From an uncultured Phycisphaerales bacterium (GTDB taxonomy: Bacteria > Planctomycetota > B15-G4): a stretch of 64,000 bases of DNA. Below are positions 1 through 9,534 of the stretch, in pieces. The translations under genes and the position numbers were made by a program. The notes under the pieces were generated by a model that searched no databases, had not been told where the DNA came from, and worked only from the letters and a program-made list of their open reading frames with translations. The DNA is taken from assembly GCA_964537035.1 (NCBI GenBank), contig CAZIAK010000013.1:4826-68825 (forward strand), in the 5' to 3' direction. Position 1 is the stretch's first letter. Every line of letters begins with the position of its first letter.

Positions 1-798
1 GCGCATCTCGGGCAGGTAGTGCCAGCCCAGGGCCAGGCGCAGCACGGCGGCCAGGAGCGAGGCCGCGGCCATGCCGAACAGTCCCAGGTCGAAGACGGTC
101 AGGGCCAGCACCGTGCCCACCAGCTGGATCAAGAACTCGCCGAAGCTCATGAACACGATGGGCAGGCTCTGGAAGCGCAGCTTGAGCACGCCCTCGGCGG
201 GATAGGTCACGATGCGCAGACCCTGGGCGGCGAGGAGCATGGCCAAGGTGGGGCCGAAGCCGTCTTCGTTCAGCACCACCCGGGACAAGGGCCCCGAGAG
301 GGCCACAGCACCGCCGCAGATCACCACGGCCGCCAGCATGGCCCAGCCGATGGCCGCAGAGATGGCGTGCTGGCGGGCCTGACCCTGCAGCTCACTGCCG
401 TCGTTGCCGCCGGTCTTGAGCGTCCACATCAGGGCCGCGGTGATGCCGTGGGCGGAAACCATGCTCACCAGGGTGGCGGCGAGCTGCATGGTGCCCCAGA
501 GCAGAAACGCCTCCTTGGCCAGCACACCGGTGTACAGGGGGATCAACAGCATCCCCACCCCGCGTGAGAGCAGGGTGCCGATCAGCAGCACCGTGGAGTG
601 CTTGCCCAGCGTGGCCAGATGTCCTTTGCCCAGGAGATTGTTCCTTTGTGAGAGACGCACCCGAGAGACGGGCACCGGTTGTGGCTGCCCCGTGTTATCG
701 GAGCGCAGGGCCACATTCCAGCAGCTCACTGCGCAAGCTGGGCCCAAACTGTTGGGACCTGGGCTGGCAGGGCTCGCCCGGAACACTCGAATCTCCAT
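1..798 (-). CDS. Polysaccharide flippase (Wzx/PST family), N-terminal part; 3' end runs off the left edge
   Basis: Absent from the ORF track because no stop lies in the window. Manual minus-strand translation in the frame ending at nt 1 is open from 798 to 1. It reads ..NNLLGKGHLATLGKHSTVLLIGTLLSRGVGMLLIPLYTGVLAKEAFLLWGTMQLAATLVSMVSAHG.. followed by further hydrophobic helices, which is typical of a Wzx/PST N-terminus. The ATG at 798 has GGAG 8 nt upstream; GTG at 660 is an alternative start. Confidence 0.6.
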   Translation of the reverse strand, partial: MEIRVFRASPASPGPNSLGPACAVSCWNVALRSDNTGQPQPVPVSRVRLSQRNNLLGKGHLATLGKHSTVLLIGTLLSRGVGMLLIPLYTGVLAKEAFLLWGTMQLAATLVSMVSAHGITAALMWTLKTGGNDGSELQGQARQHAISAAIGWAMLAAVVICGGAVALSGPLSRVVLNEDGFGPTLAMLLAAQGLRIVTYPAEGVLKLRFQSLPIVFMSFGEFLIQLVGTVLALTVFDLGLFGMAAASLLAAVLRLALGWHYLPEMR

Positions 799-876
799 GA
801 GGTGGTCTCCATAAGTGCTCAAGGCTGGCGGGCCCCACGACCGAAGAGCTGAACGGAGCCCACAGGGAGCAGAGCC

Positions 877-1476
877 ATGACGAACCGCGACGATCTCGAC
901 GCCAGCAACTCAGCCGCACCGCCTTTCACCCCGGACGGTGAGCCCGGCGGCGCTGCCAAGCCCCCCAGACGTCGCTCCCGGCTTCTCGAGGGCGTTCTGG
1001 GTCTGGCGCTGCTGCTGGCCATGGCTGGCGTGGTGGGCCCCGGCGTGGCCGACACCCTGGCAGAGGGTCGCCAGGTCTCAGCCCTGAGCCAGCTGCAAGA
1101 GGTCGTCGACGGCCTGCGCAGCTACTCCCACGACACGCTCACCCTGCCCACGGGCATCAAGGGCCGTACAGACGTCTCCTGGCTCTACGGCCCGGGCGAG
1201 CTGCCCCTCGACAACCCCTTTGCCGACGGCGGCAGCGCCCGCCCCCTCTCGGACGCCTTGCTCGACGACACCATGGGCGGCATGGGCTGGAATGGCCCCT
1301 ACATCGACGAGCTGAGCGCTGATCCCTGGGGCAACGCCCTGCTGGTCAACGTGGACGGCCTGGTCAATGGTCGGGAGCAGGCCTTCGTGCTGAGCGCGGG
1401 GCTAGACGGCGTGGTCAACACCGCGCCCTCGGCCCAGAAGGCTGGCGGCGACGACATCATCCTGCTGCTGAACTGA
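877..1476 (+). CDS. GspG-like (type II secretion pseudopilin fold) protein with a non-canonical N-terminus
   Basis: The C-terminal half carries the pseudopilin signature ADPWGN...LSAGLDG...GGDDI. There is a single N-terminal hydrophobic helix (LLEGVLGLALLLAMAGVV) after a roughly 30-aa charged leader. GGAG lies 7 nt upstream of the ATG. Confidence 0.7.
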   Translation: MTNRDDLDASNSAAPPFTPDGEPGGAAKPPRRRSRLLEGVLGLALLLAMAGVVGPGVADTLAEGRQVSALSQLQEVVDGLRSYSHDTLTLPTGIKGRTDVSWLYGPGELPLDNPFADGGSARPLSDALLDDTMGGMGWNGPYIDELSADPWGNALLVNVDGLVNGREQAFVLSAGLDGVVNTAPSAQKAGGDDIILLLN

Positions 1477-1580
1477 GCGTCACCTGGCGACGGCGGGCTG
1501 ATAGGCCTTTCGCTCCCAGCGTTGGCCTGGGATAGTGGCCGTTTTCAGAGACCCGCCGTTCCGCCAGGATTGATGCTGCG

Positions 1581-2009
1581 ATGTTGCGATGCGTGTTGAC
1601 CGCCTCCCTGCTGCTGTTTGGCCTGACGGCCTGCGCCTCCCGTGAAGCCGCTGCCGACCAGGGCACCCTGCCCGGCCACCCGGCCCTGGCCCAACAGGTC
1701 GACTGGACCCACACCCACGAGATCCGCTTCGGCATGGACGGCTTCGTCTCCGGCTACATGGTCGAGTTCCTGAACCTCCCGGCCGGTATCGACGAAGCCC
1801 GCGACTACCCCGCTGGCACCGTGCTGCTCCAGGACACCGCGCTGCGCACCATCGGCATGATCAGCCCGGGCAACAGGGCCTACACCTTCGACGACGAGAA
1901 CCAGATCGTCGACCTGGGCGTGGGTGGACGGGACGATCAGGTGGCCGCCATCTACAAGCGGACCGAGCGCCCTCAGTACACCTCGCTCTTTCCCGGCGTC
2001 CCTCGCTGA
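1581..2009 (+). CDS. Hypothetical lipoprotein
   Basis: Signal peptide with lipobox (LLLFGLTAC) and ordinary amino-acid composition. No family motif recognised. Confidence 0.65.
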   Translation: MLRCVLTASLLLFGLTACASREAAADQGTLPGHPALAQQVDWTHTHEIRFGMDGFVSGYMVEFLNLPAGIDEARDYPAGTVLLQDTALRTIGMISPGNRAYTFDDENQIVDLGVGGRDDQVAAIYKRTERPQYTSLFPGVPR

Positions 2010-2080
2010 GCGACCGCGGTTGCCAGGCCGCAGCGAGACATCAGCTGCGCAGGTGAGAGCAGTGCCTCAACGCCCTCGCC

Positions 2081-3850
2081 TCAGCGGGCTTGGCGCAGCG
2101 ACTTGGCTTTGAGCAGACCGTCTTGCAGGTCCTGGTCTGTGGTCAGAGGTCCCACGGCCCAGCGTCGGGTCATGATGTAGACCGCCGGATCCTCTCCCGG
2201 GGGCAGACCCAGGCGCTCCAGCTGCTCGACGTCGATGGTGGGGTCGACCGACTGGACCACCCGGCTTGGCAGGTACAGCGCCGACGCTGCGTCAAGCAAC
2301 TCTGCGCTGCGGGCGTCTTCGTCGGCCCCCACCACCACCACGTGCAGCGGTGGGTGCAGCACCAGCTCGACGCTGCGCCCATAGGCAGCCATGGCGTAGC
2401 CGTAGCGGCGGAAGTCGTCCGCGTGCACCTCGAGAGCGGACACCGCCAGCTGGTGCAGGTCGTCACGACCCATGACGAGGGCCGTGCGCAACAAGACCTC
2501 GCAGGCCACTGCCCCGTCCAGAATCGCCTCTTGGGACGGAACGGTCGTGGTCTGCGCTCCCGGATCCCCCAGCTCTCCCGTGGGCAGCAGGTGCTGGGCT
2601 GCGATGAGTTCGACCAGGTCGAGCAGGGGTTCCATGAAGCGGCGGTCGGCTCGGTACTGCAGCACGTGCAGCAGCGCTCGCGCGGTCTCGGCGTGGTCGG
2701 CCAGGCGGCCCACCCGGCGATGGCCTTGGTCGTCCACCAGATGGGCCATGCCCTTGCCGGGCTGCCAGAGACGGCGCAGCAGCTGCTCGGCCACGTCCGC
2801 CCCTCGTTGGGAGAGATCCTCCCGGCCCAGGACCGCGCCTGCCTTCAGCAGGGCAGAGACCATGCGTGCGTTGGCTGAACCCACATAGCGCTGCCGGGAG
2901 CCAGGGCCCGGTCGTGTGCGGCGCTCGGCCTCGCCCAGTGCGTAGTAACCCGGGTCGGCATCAAGCGCCTCGGCGAACAGGCCCACGTCCTCATCGAAGA
3001 GCTCGGCCAGCGCCATCTCCAGGGCGGCCTCGCCGATGACCAGGAAATCGCTGCGGTCGAGCAGCTGCCCCGCTTCGAGATAGTTGCGTGCCAGGCCAGC
3101 GTTGGTGGACAGCCCTATCTCCGTGTGGGGACCGCGCCAATCCCGCTCTGCAGTGCAGCGAAAGAATGCACCGCTGAGAGAGTCACGCAGATCACCGCCT
3201 GCCATGGCTGAGAGGGTCTTCTCCACGATCTCCCGCAGACGCGGGTCGCGGTCCTCGGCCAGACCCAGGATGGCGTAGTCGAGGGTCTCGGGATGGGGGA
3301 ATTTCTGCCCCGTCCCGAAGCCCCCGTGGCACGAGTCAAAGTCGGAGAGCAGCGAGCGAGCAATGGCCGGCGGGATGGACTCGTCCAGGGCTCCCGGCTC
3401 GTGCACTGGTTCAGCGGCCTCGTGTGCCTCGTGTGCCTCGTCGACGTCGTGGGCGTCGTCCCCCCGCTCTGGATGCGCCGCGGCCGCTCCCCCATCGCCG
3501 CGTAGCGTGCGCGAAGCGTTCCACAGGGCCTGAGCCAGCTCGTCCGCCTCCGGGGCAATCGCCGACCAGAGCACCGCGCCTTCGCCGTCGAGCAGCGCCA
3601 GGGTGGGCCAGGCGCCCAGGCCGTGTCGCCGGGCCAGGGCCGTGTTCTCGTCATCATCGTGGCCGTCGACTCGCACCGGCACCGAGACCTCGTCAATCAG
3701 CGTGGCCACCTCGTGCTGGGACAACAGCCGCTCCAGGGGATCGCCACAGGCGGCCGACCAGTCCGCCACCAGGACCAGCAACACAGGGCGCCCTTCCCCG
3801 GCCGCACGGCTCGGGAGATCGTCGTGCCAGCTTTGCCAGGTCACGGCCAT
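2081..3850 (-). CDS. Thioredoxin-domain protein (YyaL/DUF255-like, with C-terminal alpha/alpha-toroid region)
   Basis: N-terminal thioredoxin-like segment (RPVLLVLVADWSAACG..WPTLALLD) followed by a long helical-repeat domain, as in YyaL/SPATA20-type proteins. Start trimmed to the ATG at 3850, which has GAGGAG 5 nt upstream. The 50 upstream codons of the ORF look non-coding. Confidence 0.75.
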   Translation of the reverse strand: MAVTWQSWHDDLPSRAAGEGRPVLLVLVADWSAACGDPLERLLSQHEVATLIDEVSVPVRVDGHDDDENTALARRHGLGAWPTLALLDGEGAVLWSAIAPEADELAQALWNASRTLRGDGGAAAAHPERGDDAHDVDEAHEAHEAAEPVHEPGALDESIPPAIARSLLSDFDSCHGGFGTGQKFPHPETLDYAILGLAEDRDPRLREIVEKTLSAMAGGDLRDSLSGAFFRCTAERDWRGPHTEIGLSTNAGLARNYLEAGQLLDRSDFLVIGEAALEMALAELFDEDVGLFAEALDADPGYYALGEAERRTRPGPGSRQRYVGSANARMVSALLKAGAVLGREDLSQRGADVAEQLLRRLWQPGKGMAHLVDDQGHRRVGRLADHAETARALLHVLQYRADRRFMEPLLDLVELIAAQHLLPTGELGDPGAQTTTVPSQEAILDGAVACEVLLRTALVMGRDDLHQLAVSALEVHADDFRRYGYAMAAYGRSVELVLHPPLHVVVVGADEDARSAELLDAASALYLPSRVVQSVDPTIDVEQLERLGLPPGEDPAVYIMTRRWAVGPLTTDQDLQDGLLKAKSLRQAR

Positions 3851-4033
3851 CACGGCTCCTCGTCTCGCGGTCAGTCCGCGACGAGGTCCTCCCGCGAGGG
3901 CTCCGTCATCACCGACCGATTCGGGCGGGCTGCCAGAGATGGTCTCGTCTGTTCGGCGCCACGGCTTGAGCACCAATGCCCAGCCCCAGCTCCGGCCCAT
4001 CCCTCACCTGACCCCAACACGGGGCACGACCGG

Positions 4034-4870
4034 TCAGAAGGCGGGCAGCTTGCCAGCCAGCCGGGCGACCACATCGGCGGCACAGGCACCGTTGGTGGCC
4101 ATCAGCCCCCTGGGGTGGTTGAGCAGTTCGCTGTTGTAGACCAACGGCTCGCCGTCCATGTTCAGGAAGCGCCCGCCAGCAGCATGCAGAATGGCCTCTG
4201 GAGCCGCGGTGTCCCACAGGCTGATGTGCGAGGTCGGGGCCACGTACATGTCGGCCTCGTCGGCGCAGATCTTGCCGACCTTGTAGCCCACGCTGCCCAC
4301 GGACAGGGTCTCTTTCGGCTGCAAGGCGTCGAGGGTGGCCTCAAGGGCCGCGTCCCGGTGTGCGATGGAGCAGATCACCCGCAGCTCTGGAGCGGTGGCC
4401 CGGGTGCTGCACTGCAACACCTTGCGCTCACCCTCGCAGACCTCTTCGGCCCCGTGCCCCACGAGCCCGAGAAAGGTGCGCTGCGCCTTGGGGACTTCGA
4501 CCACGCCCAGGGCAGGCCGCCCCTCGACGGCCAGGCCGATCATCACCGCGAAGCCCACCCGGTTCTTGACGAAATCGGAGGTGCCATCGAGAGGGTCGAC
4601 GATCCAGCAGCGACGGGCGGTGCGCCAGCTGTCGTCAGTGACCTCTGTCTCCTCGGACAACAGCGCATCGTCTGGAAAGCGCTTCTGCAGCTCGCGGACG
4701 ATCAGGTCGTTGCTGGCGTGGTCTGCAGCGGTGACCGGCTGGCCACCCTTGTCGGCAACGTCGACGTCGGTGCCGTAGAAGCCCATGACGATCTTGCCGG
4801 CCTCGACGGCCAGCTGATGCACGAACTCGAGCTCTTCGACGGTGGGTGCAGCGGTGGGTGCAGCGGTCAC
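4034..4870 (-). CDS. cysQ: 3'(2'),5'-bisphosphate nucleotidase / inositol monophosphatase family
   Basis: IMPase-family motifs LLSEE, WIVDPLDGTSDF and WDTAA, plus CysQ-like SVGS..YK. The GTG start overlaps the rsfS stop (GTGA). Confidence 0.85.
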   Translation of the reverse strand: MTAAPTAAPTVEELEFVHQLAVEAGKIVMGFYGTDVDVADKGGQPVTAADHASNDLIVRELQKRFPDDALLSEETEVTDDSWRTARRCWIVDPLDGTSDFVKNRVGFAVMIGLAVEGRPALGVVEVPKAQRTFLGLVGHGAEEVCEGERKVLQCSTRATAPELRVICSIAHRDAALEATLDALQPKETLSVGSVGYKVGKICADEADMYVAPTSHISLWDTAAPEAILHAAGGRFLNMDGEPLVYNSELLNHPRGLMATNGACAADVVARLAGKLPAF

Positions 4871-5307
4871 GGGATGTCCTCGGTTGAAGTGGGATCGCCT
4901 ACGCTCTCCACACCGGTCTCGATGTCGAGCGTCGGGACGTCCTCCCAGAGCGCGTCGAGGTCAAAGAACTCCCGACCTTCGTCGTCGAACAGATGAAGCA
5001 CCACCCCGTTGTAGTCGTAGAGCGACCACCGACCATCCGGGTCTTCGCTGGAGCTGTTGGGCACACCGGCCCCCAGCTCCTTGATGCCCATGCGGATCTC
5101 GTCACGTACCGCCCTCGCCTGACGACGGTTGTTCACCGTCGCCAGGACGAAGTACTCGGCGATGCCGAGGCGATCACCCACGTTGTAGACCTTGACGTCG
5201 CGAGCCAGGCGGTCCATCGCCAAGCGCGCGCAGGCCAGGGCCACGTCGCGGTAGTCAAAGCCCTCGGTCTCGTCGCCTGGAGAGGGAGGGGAGACGTCTG
5301 CGTCCAT
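4867..5307 (-). CDS. rsfS: Ribosome silencing factor RsfS (iojap-like)
   Basis: Typical RsfS core: [35 protein letters not shown] ... [26 protein letters not shown]. Confidence 0.9.
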   Translation of the reverse strand: MDADVSPPSPGDETEGFDYRDVALACARLAMDRLARDVKVYNVGDRLGIAEYFVLATVNNRRQARAVRDEIRMGIKELGAGVPNSSSEDPDGRWSLYDYNGVVLHLFDDEGREFFDLDALWEDVPTLDIETGVESVGDPTSTEDIP

Positions 5308-5314
5308 CGACAGA

Positions 5315-7360
5315 TCAGCCGACCAGCAGGGGCGCGATGACCACGGAGACCACGCACATCAGCTTGAGCAGGATGTTGATGGACGGGCCAGAGGTGTCCT
5401 TGAAGGGATCGCCCACGGTGTCACCCACCACCGCGGCGCCGTGAGCATCGCTGCCCTTGCCGCCGTGCGCGCCACCTTCGATGTACTTCTTGGCGTTGTC
5501 CCAGGCACCGCCGGCGTTGGCCATGAAGATGGCCATCATCACACCGGAGATCAGGGCGCCAGCGAGCATGCCACCGAGCGCGCGAGGGTCGTAGAAGCCC
5601 ACCGCCAGCGGGGCCACCAGGGCCAGCACGCCGGGCAGCACCATCTCGCGGATGGAACCCTGGGTCGAGATCTCGACGCAACGTGCGGGGTCGGCCTCGG
5701 CCTTGCCCTCGAGCAGCCCCGGGATCTCGCGGAACTGACGGCGCACCTCGTCGATCATCTTGTTCGCTGCCCGACCCACAGCCGTCATGGTCATGGCCGA
5801 GAACAAGAAGGGCAGCATGCCGCCGATCAGGGCGCCCGCGATGATCTCGGGCTCGGTCAGATCGAGGGTGAAGCCAGCATCCTCCACGCGGATACGGGCC
5901 ACGTAGTTCTGGAACAGGGCCAAGGCGGTCAGGGCCGCGCTACCGATGGCGAAGCCCTTGCCAATGGCCGCCGTGGTGTTGCCCACAGCGTCGAGGGCGT
6001 CGGTGGCCTTGCGCACCTCGGGGGGGCAGCCGGCCATCTCGGCGATGCCGCCAGCGTTGTCAGCCACCGGGCCGTAGGCGTCCACACCAAGAGAGATACC
6101 CAGGGTCGAGAGCATGCCCACCGCGGCGATGGAGATGCCGTAGAGGCCAGCCAGGTTGTAGGCCGAGACGATGCCCACGGCGATGAGCAGCACCGGCGCC
6201 CAGGTGGACGACATGCCCACGGCCAGTCCCGTGATCAGGTTGGTGGCCGCACCCGTGTTGCTCTGCTCGGCGATGCGCTGCACCGGGCTCCGCTCCACGG
6301 CGGTGTAGTACTCGGTGATCTTGCCCACCAGCACACCCAGCGCGAGGCCGATGACCACCGCGAGCATGATCTGCTGATGCCCGATGACAGCTCCATTGTG
6401 CATGTAGCTCAGGGACATGCCGCCGGTGAGCGTCCAGGCCAGAGCGACGAAGATCAGCGAAGCCACGATCAGGCCGCGGAAGAGCGCGCCGTGCAGGTGC
6501 TTCTCGTCGTTGCACTTGACGAAGAAGCGACCGATGATCGAAGCCACGATGCCGAAGGCCGAGAGCAGCACGGGCAGCAGCACCAGGTCCTCGCCAGCGC
6601 CCGCCGTTGCGGCGGTGCCAGCGGCCACGAAGCCCAGGGCCATGGTGGCGATGATCGAGCCCACGTAGGACTCGAACAGGTCGGCACCCATGCCGGCCAC
6701 GTCGCCCACGTTGTCACCCACGTTGTCAGCGATGGTCGCCGGGTTGCGCGGGTCGTCCTCGGGGATGCCCGCCTCGAGCTTGCCCACCAGGTCGGCGCCC
6801 ACGTCGGCCGCCTTGGTGAAGATGCCACCGCCCACGCGAGCGAACAGCGCGATGCTGGACGCTCCCAGGCCGAAGCCGAAGAGCGAGCTCGGATCACCCT
6901 CGCCCCAGATCACGTAGAGGCCGGTGACACCCAGCAGGCCCAGGCCCACCACGGTCAGGCCCATGACCATGCCTGAGGAGAAGGCCACATCGAGAGCACC
7001 CGCGATACCACCCTTGCGGGCCGCCTCGGTGGTGCGCACGTTGGCGCCCGTCGCGGTCTTCATGCCGATCCAGCCCGCGAGGGCCGAAGCGATGGCACCG
7101 GCCACGAACGCGATGGCGGTCTTGCCACCGTCGCCATAGGCCATGAACAACAAGCCGGTGACGATCACGACGAAGACCGACAGCACCTTGTACTCGGTCA
7201 CCAAGAAGGCCATGGCTCCGTCGCGAATCTGACGGGCGATCTTCTGCATGACTTCATCGCCTTCACTCAGCCCCTTGATGCGGGCAGACATGAAGAAGGC
7301 GAAGACCAGCGCCACGGCAGAGACGATGATGGCGGTTGTGGGGTTGAGCAGGCTTTCCAT
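5315..7360 (-). CDS. hppA: Membrane-bound proton/sodium-translocating pyrophosphatase
   Basis: Hallmark motifs [26 protein letters not shown] and [16 protein letters not shown], with about 16 hydrophobic helices. Start trimmed to MESLLNPTT (ATG at 7360). Confidence 0.95.
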   Translation of the reverse strand: MESLLNPTTAIIVSAVALVFAFFMSARIKGLSEGDEVMQKIARQIRDGAMAFLVTEYKVLSVFVVIVTGLLFMAYGDGGKTAIAFVAGAIASALAGWIGMKTATGANVRTTEAARKGGIAGALDVAFSSGMVMGLTVVGLGLLGVTGLYVIWGEGDPSSLFGFGLGASSIALFARVGGGIFTKAADVGADLVGKLEAGIPEDDPRNPATIADNVGDNVGDVAGMGADLFESYVGSIIATMALGFVAAGTAATAGAGEDLVLLPVLLSAFGIVASIIGRFFVKCNDEKHLHGALFRGLIVASLIFVALAWTLTGGMSLSYMHNGAVIGHQQIMLAVVIGLALGVLVGKITEYYTAVERSPVQRIAEQSNTGAATNLITGLAVGMSSTWAPVLLIAVGIVSAYNLAGLYGISIAAVGMLSTLGISLGVDAYGPVADNAGGIAEMAGCPPEVRKATDALDAVGNTTAAIGKGFAIGSAALTALALFQNYVARIRVEDAGFTLDLTEPEIIAGALIGGMLPFLFSAMTMTAVGRAANKMIDEVRRQFREIPGLLEGKAEADPARCVEISTQGSIREMVLPGVLALVAPLAVGFYDPRALGGMLAGALISGVMMAIFMANAGGAWDNAKKYIEGGAHGGKGSDAHGAAVVGDTVGDPFKDTSGPSINILLKLMCVVSVVIAPLLVG

Positions 7361-7482
7361 GACCTGTGCTGTCCTGAAGTTCGTGGAATATGGACGGGCG
7401 GGCAAAGGGCGCCAAGCATAGAAGCCCGGGGGGATGGGCGCAAGACATGCACCCCCCGCCATATCCGCCCGTTTTCACACCT

Positions 7483-9534
7483 CTACAGCAGCAATTCTCG
7501 GCGCAGCTGAGAGATCGCCTGGCGAATCCTGGCCAGATCGACCTGACCCAGAATCTCGGTGTAGTAGGCGTGGGAGCCAGGGCTGTCGGCGGCGAGCTTG
7601 AGGCGGCAGTTGAAGACCGCTTCCTTGGCCCGGTTCATGGCGTAGAGGGCCTTCTCGGGCCTGCCCTCCAGGGTGTGCAGGCGTCCCAGGACGAACCAGG
7701 CCAGGGCATCGTCAGGCTCCAACGCAAACAGGTCTTGCAGCTGATTCTCGAACAGATCGAACCGGCCAGCTCGCTGCGCCTCCCGGGCCAGGTCCCAGCG
7801 AGCCTGAACGTTGAGGGGATCCCTGGCCAGCAGGGCTTCCATGGCCTCCATGTAGCCCAGCAGCAAGTGGGGTGGCTTCTGGGCCAGACGCCAAAGCCGC
7901 AAGCGCCAGTCGGCCAGATTGGCCAGGAGATCCGGGTCAGCGGGATTCAGCTCACAGGCAGCCTCGATGGCGGCCGTACCTCGTCGGATGACGTCGAGCA
8001 CGGCTGGCTCGTCGACAGCACCAGACCGCTCTGCCAGGCGAAGCAGGCGGCTGTTCAACTGCCACACTCGCAGCTGGGTCGTGGGCTCGTCAGGCGCTCG
8101 TGCCTGGAGCCAGGCCAGCTCGGCCCGGGCCGTCTCCAGATCGCCCGAGCCCGTGATCCAGGCGTTGATCGCCAGACCTGCGCGCTGTTGCGCCGTGAGC
8201 ACGCGTCCATGATCAACGGCGTGGTAACCCAGCAGCAGCGACACCCCGGCCAACGCCACCGCCACCTTGCGGCCCCCCACGCGCCAGGCGACGGACGGCG
8301 TCCGGGCGCGCTGCCAGGTCACCGCGGCCAACATCAGAAAGACCGAGAAGGCCAGGGCGTTCTGCTCCAGGCCGTCGACCTGCAGCTCGAGGAAGAGCAC
8401 CCCTGCACCCAGTACAGCGCCCTGACCCAGGGCATCCCGTCCCCTCCTCTCGCCCCCCAGGCCTTGAGCCTCAACGGGCCGGGCAGGCGAGGTGCCAGGC
8501 GACTCGGGGCGCGGTCTGGGCGACAGGCGCAGCCCGACCCAGCCAGCCAGAGTGAGCAGGGACGCCCCGGCGAGCCAGCCCCACTCGAGCGTCACCGTGA
8601 GGAACACGTTGTGGGTCAGTCCCACGGCGCTGCGCTGGTGCAGCAGCCAGGGAAACTCACCGTCGAAGGCCAGAGGCAGAAAGGCGTACTTGTTCATGGA
8701 CGCGCCGATGCCCCAGGGGTTCTCGGCGATGTTCTGCAGTGCGACCTTCCAGATGAAGAGCCGCGAGTAGTGATCTTCGCTGCGCAGGGAGAGCACCCGG
8801 TCCCAGAGGGGGTTGGGCACGAAGACCAGCAACGCCCCCAGGGTCAGGGCCAGGATCACCACCGTGCGCCAGCTGCGCCGGGCCGCCAGCAGCAGCATCA
8901 TGGTCGCCATGGCGGCCATGGCGCCCCGGGAGCTGGTCAACAACAAGAGCACCACGAGACCGGCCAGGGGCACGAGAACGACCAGCCGCCAACGAGCGAA
9001 GGCCGCCAGGGCCAGGCCCACAGCAGCGATGACGGCCCCCAGGGTGTTCGGATTGCCGAGCGTGCCCTGGGGACGGGCGTTCACTCCCACCTGCTCGACC
9101 ATGGTCCAGGCCTGGACAGCTACCAGCCCCAACAGCAGCAAGCCCAGGATCTGCCGCACGCGCCTGGCGGGGGCGACCTCATTGCGCCCCCGGTTCCGCG
9201 GGTTGTCGGCCAGGTTCTTGCGCACGGGCACCATGGCCAGGGCGCAGAGAAAGAACACGCAGTGTGACAGGGCCGTGAGCCCGGCCCAGAGCCGTTCGGC
9301 CCGGGGCAGATCGTGTACATGGGCCCACACCGTCGCGCCACACAACGACAGCAGCGCCACGCAGATGAGCACCCCTGGCGGGCCACAGCGCACGGTGCCT
9401 GAGCGCCACAGCCTGGGCACCAGGGTCAGCCCCAGAGCGGCCACCATGCCCAGATGCACAGACCATAACGGCAGCACTCCTCGACCCATGGTGGGCAAGA
9501 CCATCCACCAGAGGGCCAGGACAGCCCAGCTCAC
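7483..9534 (-). CDS. O-antigen ligase / Wzy_C-family membrane protein with C-terminal TPR repeats
   Basis: The N-terminal two thirds are polytopic, with a Wzy_C-like loop (LLTSSRGAMAAM...). The C-terminal roughly 250 aa are TPR-like helical repeats. Start set at the GTG at 9534, which overlaps the upstream stop (GTGA); the ORF-track start at 9663 would overlap the upstream gene by 133 nt. Confidence 0.75.
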   Translation of the reverse strand: MSWAVLALWWMVLPTMGRGVLPLWSVHLGMVAALGLTLVPRLWRSGTVRCGPPGVLICVALLSLCGATVWAHVHDLPRAERLWAGLTALSHCVFFLCALAMVPVRKNLADNPRNRGRNEVAPARRVRQILGLLLLGLVAVQAWTMVEQVGVNARPQGTLGNPNTLGAVIAAVGLALAAFARWRLVVLVPLAGLVVLLLLTSSRGAMAAMATMMLLLAARRSWRTVVILALTLGALLVFVPNPLWDRVLSLRSEDHYSRLFIWKVALQNIAENPWGIGASMNKYAFLPLAFDGEFPWLLHQRSAVGLTHNVFLTVTLEWGWLAGASLLTLAGWVGLRLSPRPRPESPGTSPARPVEAQGLGGERRGRDALGQGAVLGAGVLFLELQVDGLEQNALAFSVFLMLAAVTWQRARTPSVAWRVGGRKVAVALAGVSLLLGYHAVDHGRVLTAQQRAGLAINAWITGSGDLETARAELAWLQARAPDEPTTQLRVWQLNSRLLRLAERSGAVDEPAVLDVIRRGTAAIEAACELNPADPDLLANLADWRLRLWRLAQKPPHLLLGYMEAMEALLARDPLNVQARWDLAREAQRAGRFDLFENQLQDLFALEPDDALAWFVLGRLHTLEGRPEKALYAMNRAKEAVFNCRLKLAADSPGSHAYYTEILGQVDLARIRQAISQLRRELLL

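Noticed and set aside
19-567. 182-aa plus-strand ORF at the left edge (also 404-814 and 564-800)
   Set aside because: Low-complexity G/Q/H/A-rich translation. The opposite strand gives a clean polytopic Wzx-like N-terminus that runs off the window, which is why the ORF track did not list it.
5441-6976. 511-aa plus-strand ORF, plus several other ORFs, inside hppA
   Set aside because: Antisense or out of frame to a gene with unmistakable H+-PPase motifs. The composition is H/G/D/R-rich junk.
7390-9267. 625-aa plus-strand ORF opposite the O-antigen-ligase/TPR gene
   Set aside because: Shadow ORF with no motifs and a Q/G/R/H/P-rich product. The minus-strand product has coherent TM helices and TPR repeats.
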